Below are positions 28,209 to 39,066 of a DNA stretch of 64,000 nt, piece after piece. Under the pieces are notes generated by a model. It saw nothing but the letters and a program-made list of their open reading frames with translations. It searched no databases and had not been told where the DNA came from. Where the stretch lies: positions 1,042,303-1,106,302 of the forward strand of contig CAVPUF010000003.1 in the NCBI GenBank assembly GCA_963708885.1. Reading direction: 5' to 3'. The DNA comes from an uncultured Actinomycetota bacterium. GTDB taxonomy: Bacteria; Actinomycetota; Actinomycetes; Propionibacteriales; Nocardioidaceae. The position numbers were made by a program, and so were the translations under genes. How positions within the stretch are numbered: the stretch's first letter is position 1; the number at the start of each line of letters is the position of its first letter.

Positions 28209-29997
28209 GTGGCGACATCGGCGACCTCGGCAAGATCCCTGCTGGGCCGGGCCGAGGTCGCCTGGTCGGCCGGCGACGCGGAGGCGGCCGCCACAGCTCT
28301 TCGAGAGCGCGGTCGTGGCGGCGGAGCAGGAGGGCGACCTCGAGACCCGTGTCGCGGCCGTGCTCGGCCTGTCTCGCGGCCAGCGCTACAACCTCACGCC
28401 CGGCAGGCTGCCGGTGCATCTGCACGCGGCGTACGAGGCCGTGTCCGATCCCGGCGTCCGGGCCCGGCTGGCCGCAGCGCTGGCCCGTTGCTGGGCGTAT
28501 GCGAACGAGCCCCGCCGGGCCACACCGTTCGCCGCCGAGGCCCTGGACCTGGCGGAGGCCAGCGGTGACCAGACCGTGATCGCCGATGCCCTCGACGCCG
28601 CGCTGGCCTCGCGCTGGGGTCCCGACGACCTGCGCTCCCGGCGGGAGTGGGCAGTACGACTGGACGACGTCTCGGCGCACCTGCGCGACCCCGAGTCGCG
28701 GCTGCAAGCGGCCCTGTGGGGTCTGAGCGTCGCGTGGGAGGTGCTCGACCTACCGCGCATGCACAAGTCCATGCGAGCGCTGGAGCTGGTGGCCGAGGAA
28801 TCGCCGCGGGGGCGCTTCTTCGCGGCCACCAGACGGCTCCCGTTGGAGCTCCTGCGGGGAAACAACGACGTGGCGACCCTCCTCATCGAGCAAGCCCAGG
28901 CTGCAGCGACTGCCGCTCCGATCCCCGACGCGTTGGGCGTGCTGTGGAGCATGCAGGGGTACGCGGCGTTCTTCACTGGCGACGCCGAGGGGTGTGCCTC
29001 GGTCGCGGCGCTGTTCGAGGAGTACTCCGCCGAGCACGGTGTGGCTGCCGTCCGCGCGGAGGCCGCACTCCTCTGGCTCGGCGCGGCACGACTGGACAAG
29101 TCGGCCGAGGTGATCGGCGCCTTCAGTCCCGAGGTGCTCCACGACCTTCCTCGGGACAGCGACTGGATGCTGATCCAACAGTGCGTTGCCGAGGCGGCGA
29201 TCGCTCTCGGCGACCGAGAGATCGCCGAGAGCGTCGTCGATCACCTCATGCCCTACGCAGGCCGCTCGGTGGTCAATGCCGGAGCGGTGATGTGGCACGG
29301 CGTCACCGACGACACCCTGGGCCGCGCTCTCGAGCTCCTGGGGCGAGCCGACCAGGCCGACCGACATCTGTCCGCGGCGTTGGAGACCTACGAGCGGATC
29401 GGCGCACGATGGTGGCGCGACCGCCTGCGGATGCACGCGACCCCGAGCGTCAGAGCAGCTGACCCCGCCTCGTCTCGAGTCGTCCACTTCCATCCGCAAC
29501 CCGGTGGGCTGTGGCTGGTCGGCACGGCCGGATCCACGTCCGTGCTGCCACGGCTGCGCGGCCTCGAGCACCTGCACGTCCTGCTGAGCAACCCGGACAC
29601 CGACATCGCCGCGCTCGACCTGGCCGGCGGCGGAATCGCGGTGGAGCAGCCCGGGATAGAGGTCCTCGACAACACGGCACGACGCGTCTACACCTCTCGG
29701 GTTGCCGCCATCGACCGCGAACTCGAGCTGACTGACGACCCAGAACTCCACGAGGAGCGGGTAGCACTGCTCGAGCAGCTCGGCCGTGCCACCGGGCTCG
29801 CCGGCCGCGAACGTCGTACCGGCGGCAACAGCGAGCGCGCCCGCGTGGCCGTCCGCAAGGCAATCATCAGCGCGTTGGCCCGCGTTGCCGAACAAGACCC
29901 GCGGCTGGCCCGCCACCTCCACGAACGAGCCCGGACCGGCCATCAATGCCGCTACATGTCGGACCCCGACCACCCGATAACGTGGATCCTCGGTTGA
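28209..29997 (+). pseudogene. TPR-like helical-repeat regulator with conserved C-terminal ERAR...TG..C.Y module; one +1 shift near 28292 (or intact from GTG 28315)
   Basis: Frame 0 VATSATSARSLLGRAEVAWSAGDAEAAA joins frame 1 QLFESAVVAAEQEGDLETRVAAVLGLS as one helical-repeat sentence. C-terminus reads GLWLVGTAGSTSVLPRLRGLEHLHVLLSNPDTDIAALDL...GNSERARVAVRKAIISALARVAEQDPRLARHLHERARTGHQCRY. Confidence 0.6.
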
Positions 29998-30288
29998 GCC
30001 GGTCCGGGCGGAATGAGGCACCTCGTTGGTGTACAACGGCGGCGCGTTTCGTTCTGGCGGGCGTGGCCGTCGGCGCGGGTGGTGAGAACGCCTGTGTGCC
30101 AGGCTATCGACGCCCGGGCCAACCTGATGGCGGGCCATCTGCTCATCGGCCGCGGCGCCGATCTGGACACGCAACCACGGCTGGCAGTGGACGCCGTTTC
30201 GCCACAGAGCGCTGCCACGGGGCGGGACGCAGCCTTCTGATCTGCGTTGCGTACGTAGGGGTCCGTCGATGCGTGGGGTGAATGCCCC

Positions 30289-31005
30289 ATGGCGTCGTTA
30301 GTGAGTCCGAAGCATGGTCGTGGCATGACACGAGTTACGTTCATGAGGCGAATCGCCCAGGCCACCGTCGCTGCGCAGATCTTGTTCGTCCTGGGGTTCG
30401 TGGCGGTGGGGGCCGCTGAGGGTCACGGGTACCAGTGGATGCGGGACGACATCAGCGACCTCGGTGCGCTGACCGCGCACCACGCGACGGTGTGGCGGTT
30501 ACTTCTGCTCGTCACCGGCGCGGTGACGATGGTGTTCGGTCTGCTGGTGGTCGGGCCGGTGTTCGGCTCGCCGGTGGCCGGGGTGCTGGTGGCGCTCTCG
30601 CTGCCGGCCTTCGACAACTTCACGGACGCCTTCTTCCGTCTCGACTGTCGGGCTGCCGATCCCGGGTGCACCGCGTCGCAGGCCATCTCGTCGTGGCACG
30701 GGACTGCCCACATCGTGTGTTTCGCCGTTGCGGCGTTGGCCACCGTGATTGCCCCCTTTGTCCTTGCCCGGGCGATGCGCCGCGAGGAGAGGTGGCGTTC
30801 CCGGGCGCGATCGGTCCAGTGGTTCGGCTTCCTCACCGTGGTCCTGCTGGTCGTCACGGGCGTGGCGAGCGGATCTCCGGTGCAGGGGCTCGCCCAGCGC
30901 GTGGCCGCGACCGTGATCCCGCTCGGACTGGCCGCCTTGGCCTGGCTCGTGGCAGAGCAGGAGCGCCCGGTCACGCGGGTGGCCGATCTGGTCAGGGGCA
31001 AGTAG
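30289..31005 (+). CDS. DUF998 domain membrane protein
   Basis: 238-aa polytopic ORF (ISDLGAL...; six hydrophobic segments). Starts at 30325 or 30343 are also possible. Confidence 0.65.
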   Translation: MASLVSPKHGRGMTRVTFMRRIAQATVAAQILFVLGFVAVGAAEGHGYQWMRDDISDLGALTAHHATVWRLLLLVTGAVTMVFGLLVVGPVFGSPVAGVLVALSLPAFDNFTDAFFRLDCRAADPGCTASQAISSWHGTAHIVCFAVAALATVIAPFVLARAMRREERWRSRARSVQWFGFLTVVLLVVTGVASGSPVQGLAQRVAATVIPLGLAALAWLVAEQERPVTRVADLVRGK

Positions 31006-31007
31006 TC

Positions 31008-31703
31008 ATGCGCCGCGCCCGCATGGTGGTCTACGGCGCCGGAATGGTCGGAAGCCCGCTGCTGCTCATCGCCTACTGGGTGCTCTACCCGGCCTACGGC
31101 GACCTGAGCTCCGCGGACATCGTCTCCGACATCGGGGCGGCGCCCGGCCGTACGACGGTGGCCGACGTGTTCGCGGTCACGGCCGTCTTCTTGACGGTCC
31201 CAGCCTCGTTGGCCTACCTCCGCGCACTCGAAGCGACCGCCCCTCGGCTGAGCCGCATCGGCGCGACGCTCTCTGTGGTGGGCTGGATGGCGGTCCTGCC
31301 CCTCGTCGTCATGGACGTCGTCGCGCGTGAGCTGGCGGCCGAGCCGAAGGTGTTCGGCGCGATCCTCACGAGCGGGCCGGTCGTCGCGCTTTCGGCGGTG
31401 GCCACCGTGCACGTGCTGGGCGGGCTGCTCATCGGCGTGGCTCTGGTCCGCACCCGACTCGTGGCGCGGCCGCTCGCACTGGCGGCAACCGTCGCGCCGG
31501 TGGCACATCTGGCCTCCAACCTCGCCGGTGTGCTGTGGGTGGACGTCGCGTCCTGGCTGGTGGCCGCCGCGACCGGGGTCGCCGTGCTACCCGGGCTCGC
31601 CCGGCTCGTAGCTGCCGACGAGTCCGTGACGCGTCGCGAACAACGTGGCCGCGGCCCGGGTGCCGACACCGATCTTGGCGTAGACGTTCTCGACATGACG
31701 TGA
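31008..31703 (+). CDS. polytopic membrane protein (hypothetical)
   Basis: [30 protein letters not shown]... about six TM segments, ATG 3 nt after the DUF998 stop. The last 117 nt overlap the convergent LuxR gene and may not all be translated. Confidence 0.55.
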   Translation: MRRARMVVYGAGMVGSPLLLIAYWVLYPAYGDLSSADIVSDIGAAPGRTTVADVFAVTAVFLTVPASLAYLRALEATAPRLSRIGATLSVVGWMAVLPLVVMDVVARELAAEPKVFGAILTSGPVVALSAVATVHVLGGLLIGVALVRTRLVARPLALAATVAPVAHLASNLAGVLWVDVASWLVAAATGVAVLPGLARLVAADESVTRREQRGRGPGADTDLGVDVLDMT

Positions 31704-33218
31704 CACGGTCTTCGGGCTCAGGTCCAGGCGGCGTGCGATCTCCTTGTTGACCAGCCCTCGCGCGAGCAGTGCGAGGACCTCGACCTCGCGGTCGGTGAGG
31801 CCGCTGGGACCCTTGCGCCGCGCAAGCCGCCGATGGCCCGCCGCCTCCAGCACGGCGTTTGCGGCAACCTGGTCGAGGCGGCCCGCGCGTACCTCGCCGC
31901 GAAGCTCCTCGGCGGCGTCAGCGGGTGGGCGTGCGGGTCGGTGCGGCCGCGGCTCGGTCATCGCGTGGTAGACGTCCGCGGCGGCGAGGATGCGGTCGGC
32001 CGGGGTCAGCGCGGACGCCGTGAGACCGGCCGGGTAGCCCGACCCGTCGAGCCGCTCGTGGTGCCGCGCCGCGATCGTCCGGCACCCCTCGAGCGACGGG
32101 ATCCTGGCCAGCATCCGGTCGGTGAGGAACGGGTGCAGGTGGGCGCGCTCACGCTCGAGCGCGGTCAGCGGACCGGGCTTGTCCCACACCGTGTTGGCCA
32201 CACCCAGACGCCCGATGTCGTGCACCAGGCCCGCATGGCGCAACCTGAGACACTCCGCGTCGGCCAGCCCCGCGCGGCGACCAGCCTCCGCGGCGAGCCC
32301 GGCGACCCCCCGCGAATGCCCAGCGAAGTACGGCGACTTCAGGTCCGCCAGGTCTGCCATCGCCTGCAGGACGTCGTCGAGCTCCGCACCCGACACGGTC
32401 CGCGCCGGCGGCCGCTCGGCGGCCAGCACGCCCTCCCACGACGCCGAGTCGTCGAGGTCGGCCAGAAGGCCGTCCAGGTTGCCCAGGAGCGCGGAGGTCA
32501 GGTGTGGGTCGTAGAGCGAGCCCGCATGGCGACCGATCACCGCCCGCAACGAGTCCAGGTCGTGCTGACGGGCCAGCACCTCGACCGGTCCTGCCAGCTG
32601 GACGAGCCGGGCCGCGAGGCTGATCTCCTCCCCGGACCGCCGCCCGGGCACACCCTTGCCGTCCCACTGCTCGTAGCCCTCCGCAGCAGCAGCGGAGACG
32701 GCCGCACCCAGCCCGAGGCGCTCCGCGAGCTGGGAGCCCAGGTCCACGTGCGTGGCGAACCACGACTCCATCGTGCTCTTGCCGACCACCGGAAAGACCG
32801 CCAGCCGGCGCGCGCGCCCCGTGGGCGGACCGTGCGACCAGAGCCGTCGCAGAATGAACGCCGCAACCGCCGGGCCGCTCATGGCGAGCATCCGGAAGCC
32901 TTCCGCCTTCATCTCGATGTCGTCCCCGAACCACGCGGCCTGCTCGGCCGCGTCAGCATGGCAGTAGACGTTCAACAACAGCCCGACGTAGTACGTCGCC
33001 TCACGCTCCGACGCGTCGGCACCCGCCAGATCGCCCAGACGCAGCGCGATCACGGTTCGCCGCAGGCAGTGCTCCAGCGGCTGACCCAGACTGAGATCCG
33101 CGCCATACGACATCGCCGCGACCAGCTCGGCCAACCTGACTCTCGGAGAGCCATCAAACTCCACCCGTCCAGTGTTCCGCCGGGCGTCCCCGCCCGCCAG
33201 CACTCCGACCGGACCCAT
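31587..33218 (-). CDS. tandem HD-GYP-type (one degenerate, one canonical) phosphohydrolase domains fused to a LuxR-type HTH
   Basis: Canonical HD ([10 protein letters not shown]) and [14 protein letters not shown]. Upstream degenerate copy [24 protein letters not shown] without HD. C-terminal [47 protein letters not shown] 33218 chosen; the ORF is open to 33515. Confidence 0.75.
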   Translation of the reverse strand: MGPVGVLAGGDARRNTGRVEFDGSPRVRLAELVAAMSYGADLSLGQPLEHCLRRTVIALRLGDLAGADASEREATYYVGLLLNVYCHADAAEQAAWFGDDIEMKAEGFRMLAMSGPAVAAFILRRLWSHGPPTGRARRLAVFPVVGKSTMESWFATHVDLGSQLAERLGLGAAVSAAAAEGYEQWDGKGVPGRRSGEEISLAARLVQLAGPVEVLARQHDLDSLRAVIGRHAGSLYDPHLTSALLGNLDGLLADLDDSASWEGVLAAERPPARTVSGAELDDVLQAMADLADLKSPYFAGHSRGVAGLAAEAGRRAGLADAECLRLRHAGLVHDIGRLGVANTVWDKPGPLTALERERAHLHPFLTDRMLARIPSLEGCRTIAARHHERLDGSGYPAGLTASALTPADRILAAADVYHAMTEPRPHRPARPPADAAEELRGEVRAGRLDQVAANAVLEAAGHRRLARRKGPSGLTDREVEVLALLARGLVNKEIARRLDLSPKTVSRHVENVYAKIGVGTRAAATLFATRHGLVGSYEPGEPG

Positions 33219-33748
33219 CGACACAGCGTCGAAAGGGTCGAGTCCCCAAACGCGCGGCGCGCGACGATCTCGACGCAGGCGTGGCAACGCGCCGCCGTCC
33301 CATCGGCTCGTTCGACCCGCGTCCTCATGGGCGAGAAGGGCTACGGTCGGACAAGCCCTGGCACCCCCATCTTGGGCATACCGACGGGCGGGGCGCGCTG
33401 GCCCTCCTTGCCTTACCGGGTCTCCGAGTGGGTGAGCATTCTGAGCGCGTCGGAGTTGACCTGCTTCACCCAGACGTGACCTGAGTTCGAGCTCGCAGTA
33501 CCACTGCAAAGCCATAGATCGGCTCGAACTGGTTCGCCGCTGAAGGCGCTCTTTGCGGTCGGCTGCGACCCTCGTAGCCGGCTCCTGGGAGGGGGCGCTT
33601 GGGGCGCGCTTTGAATCGCGGCGGGTCGCAGACAGGTACTGACGCTTCAGGGCGTCGAGGGCCGCAAACCCGCAGGTCAGCGGCCGGTTCTTCGATTGAG
33701 CGCAGCTTTCGGCAAAGAAGCGCCGTCACGCTCAACACCGTCGGCGCC

Positions 33749-33804
33749 TTCCCGGTGACGCACCACGTGGAGTGCGTGGCGTCCTGGAGCGCACCCGCGG
33801 CTGA
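33749..33804 (+). pseudogene. displaced native 3' end of the RNA methyltransferase gene (right direct repeat plus remnant)
   Basis: TTCCCGGTGACGCACCACGTGGAGTGCGTGGC, then G-TCCTGGAGCGCACCCGCGGCTGA. With one base restored this reads FPVTHHVECVALLERTRG*, parallel to FPMTHHVECVALLERGC* at 23718-23771 but with GC-rich codons. Confidence 0.7.
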
Positions 33805-33850
33805 TCCGGCCCCTCGGTGGAGCGTCGGTGGCGTGTGACACGCTCGGCGC

Positions 33851-34201
33851 ATGCCGTGCGACATCCCCGACGCGCGCGAGCTGGTCGGACAGCTCGACGC
33901 GGTCTCGGTGACCGAGCTCGACCGCTACACGAAGCTCGAGGTCGAGGGCCGGACCTTCGGCTACCTCTGGGAGCCCACCTGCACGATCGGGCTGAAGCAG
34001 ACGATCGCCGAGCAGAGGGCGTTGGTGGCCGAGCGGCCGGAGGTGTTCGAGGTGCAGTTCACGGCCTACGGCTTCGGCTGGGTGGTCGTGCACCTCGAGG
34101 GCGTCGAGCGTGACGAGCTGGCCGAGCTGGTCTTCGAGGCCTGGCGGCTCTCGGCCCCGGCCGGGCTCCGCGCGTCTCGGGGCGAACGCCTGCCGGTGTG
34201 A
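33851..34201 (+). CDS. MmcQ/YjbR-like family protein
   Basis: 116-aa ORF: GRTFGYLWEP...IGLKQT...FGWVVVHLEGVERDELAELVFEAWRLSAP. Pattern recalled for the YjbR (DUF419) family. Confidence 0.55.
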   Translation: MPCDIPDARELVGQLDAVSVTELDRYTKLEVEGRTFGYLWEPTCTIGLKQTIAEQRALVAERPEVFEVQFTAYGFGWVVVHLEGVERDELAELVFEAWRLSAPAGLRASRGERLPV

Positions 34202-34235
34202 CCGCCGCGTTGATCGCTCACCTTGACGTCATGTA

Positions 34236-34249
34236 TCTTGATATCAAGA
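34236..34249. promoter_or_regulatory. perfect 14-bp AT-rich palindrome upstream of aconitase (candidate operator)
   Basis: TCTTGATATCAAGA, about 70-80 nt upstream of the acn start, inside the only AT-rich stretch of this intergenic region. Confidence 0.4.
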
Positions 34250-34319
34250 GATCTACCCAGCTACCGGACGCCCGGCGCGCGACGGCAAGATGGGCGGGAG
34301 ACGTTGACTTCACGAGGAG

Positions 34320-37025
<2,706 letters not shown>

Positions 37026-37121
37026 TCCTCCCGGGACCGACCTCCGAGAAAGCTGGTCGTCGGCCCCCTCGTTCCGGCAGTGTCGTCGCGTACTGGTGGG
37101 CGAGGACACGAGGAGGAGCCG

Positions 37122-38394
37122 ATGCCCACGCTGCACGAGACGTTCGCCGAGCTCGCCGAGGAGGCGCCGGACAGCCCGACCCCGGAGGGGATCTGGGTGG
37201 ACGGACGACGTCGAGCGCGCATCGCGCCGGGTGGGGACCGGCGTCGTGGTGGCGCTGACGGTCGTGCTGCTGTCGGCCGTGGGCGGGTGGGCCGTCCACC
37301 GCGACCGCGCGCCCGACCCCACCGGCGACCCCGGCGCGGCGCCGGGGATCCCCACCCAGATCCACCACCCGAGCCCGTGGCTGCCGGGGACCGACGGCAC
37401 CCCACCCGGTCAGCTCTCGACCCTGGTCCCCGGCAAGCGCGGCGGCTGGACCCATTACCACTGGGGCATGGTCGGGATCTCGGCCACGACCGGCGCCTAC
37501 CACTACCTCGACATCCCCGGCTGCATCTCGGTGGACGGCCTGTCTCCCGACGGCCGGCACGTCTCGTGCTTCGCCGGTGCTTCGGCCGAAGCCGGACCGG
37601 AGGACCCCATCGTGGGCGTGGAGATCTACGACACCACGACCGGCCACCTGGACCGATGGAGCGGCACCGGGGCGTTCGGCCTCAACACCCTGACCTGGAA
37701 CGGTGACGACGCCGTCACCTTCCGCGCCGGCGGGACGTCGTACCTCTGGCACTTCGGGCACGGCACTCCTCGCCCGATCGTGAAGCACCTCACCTTCCGC
37801 GTCGGGAACGCGGGCGACGCCGGTCTCTACCTGCGGGGGCACCACGGGTTCTTCTACCTGGACCCGGCTCGCCACCGGCGGGTGGACATCGTCACCGTGA
37901 GCTCCGGAGAACAGCTCACCACTCCCGCCGCCGTGTCTCCTTCCGGGCGACGGATCGCGGTCACCGGCGCGGGCCAGGACCGAAGATGGCTGATGGCGGG
38001 CGACGTTGCTGCCGGCGGCGGGACCACCCATGTCACCCGCGTGCCGGCAGCGGTCCACTCGCCGTTGATCGTGGGCTGGGCGGATGACCAGCACCTGATG
38101 GTGGTCAGCCTGGTCTCGCCGACGGGCACGGGCGCGATGTCCGACCCGGCCGCGCGGTTCGCCCTCGACGAGGTCGACGTCCGCACCGGCCGGGTCACCC
38201 AGGTCGCGGGACTGAGCGACCAGCAGACCGGCTGGGGGGCGACGTTCGCCACCTCGATGCTCGCCGAGCCGACCCGTGACTTCCCGGCCCCGCCGGATCC
38301 GCTGGACCCACGGCTCGCGGCCGCGCTCGCGGTGGGCGTGCTCCTGCTGGGCACGGTCGCCGTGCTGGTCTGGAGGCGTCGTGTCCGGCCTTGA
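37122..38394 (+). pseudogene. sigma-associated membrane protein P1 (N- and C-terminal TM anchors, propeller-like ectodomain); one +1 shift near 37227
   Basis: AGGAGG (37111-37116) precedes ATG 37122. MPTLHETFAELAEEAPDSPTPEGIWVDGRRRARIA (frame 0) parallels paralogue P2. TM and the rest (RVGTGVVVALTVVLLSAV...) are in frame 1 (ORF 37096..38394). Shares PSPWL, LSPDG, DDQH, VDVRTGR and a C-terminal TM with P2. Confidence 0.65.
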
Positions 38395-38929
38395 CCGCGG
38401 GCGGCTCGGCTTCGAGGAGTTCGTCGCGGCTCGGCGGCCGGCGCTGCTGCGCTCGGCGTACCTCCTGACCGGGAGCCAGGCCGACGCCGAGGACCTCGTG
38501 CAGGCGACGCTGCTGCGCGTCGTCCCGCACTGGCGCAGGATCGCCCGCGACCCGGAGCCGTACGTCCGCCGCGTCCTGGCCCGGGAGAGCGTGACCCGCT
38601 GGCGGGGCAGGAGGTGGCGCGAGAGGTCGGTCGCGCAGCTCCCCGAGCGACCGTCACCGGAGCCGGTGAGCGACCGGATGGCGTTGCGCGCGGCGCTCGC
38701 GACGCTGTCGCCCCGCCAACGGGCGGTGCTGGTGCTCCGCTACTACGAGGACCTGACCGAGCCGGCCACCGCGGAGGCGCTGGGCATCTCGGTCGGCACC
38801 GTCAAGTCCCACGCGCGCGAGGGACTGGCGCGGCTGCGGGAGCGCGCGCCCCAGCTCCTCGACGGCGCGGACGAGTGGGCAGGCGAGGAACCGCGCCCCC
38901 TGACACCCGGGGCGCCTCGCTCGAGCTAG
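38381..38929 (+). CDS. SigE-family (ECF-type) RNA polymerase sigma-70 factor
   Basis: FEEFVAARRPALLRSAYLLTGSQADAEDLVQATLLRV (region 2) and LSPRQRAVLVLRYYEDLTEPATAEALGISVGTVKSHAREGLARLR (region 4). GTG 38381 is preceded by GGAGG and overlaps the P1 stop by 14 nt. Confidence 0.85.
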   Translation: MSGLDRGRLGFEEFVAARRPALLRSAYLLTGSQADAEDLVQATLLRVVPHWRRIARDPEPYVRRVLARESVTRWRGRRWRERSVAQLPERPSPEPVSDRMALRAALATLSPRQRAVLVLRYYEDLTEPATAEALGISVGTVKSHAREGLARLRERAPQLLDGADEWAGEEPRPLTPGAPRSS

Positions 38930-39066
38930 TACTGGCTCGCCGAAGGCCACTCGCCGGGGAACGGGTAGCCGTTCGGCGATCAGAGATTTGTCCCATCCGC
39001 ACCCCTCCAAACGCCGGGTCGCGCTCGTGTTGTCGGGTGTGATGGACCGGTGCTCGGGAGGTTGAC

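Larger units (their letters stand above)
23750..33748. mobile_element. ~10 kb genomic island with no integrase, inserted in the 3' end of the RNA methyltransferase gene
   Basis: Bounded by the 32-bp direct repeats. The displaced native gene terminus is at the right junction. AT-richer non-coding arms lie at both ends. Cargo is unrelated to the flanking conserved synteny. No recombinase ORF seen in any frame. Confidence 0.6.

Noticed and set aside
37080-37706. 208-aa ORF 37080..37706
   Set aside because: Only its first roughly 35 codons after ATG 37122 are real (the P1 N-terminus). After about 37227 the genuine frame is that of ORF 37096..38394.
38930-39066. ECF-type promoter (GGAAC ... CGTT) between sigma1 and P2
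   Set aside because: GGAAC (38956) and CGTT are only 7 nt apart instead of about 16-17, so there is no convincing -35/-10 pair.
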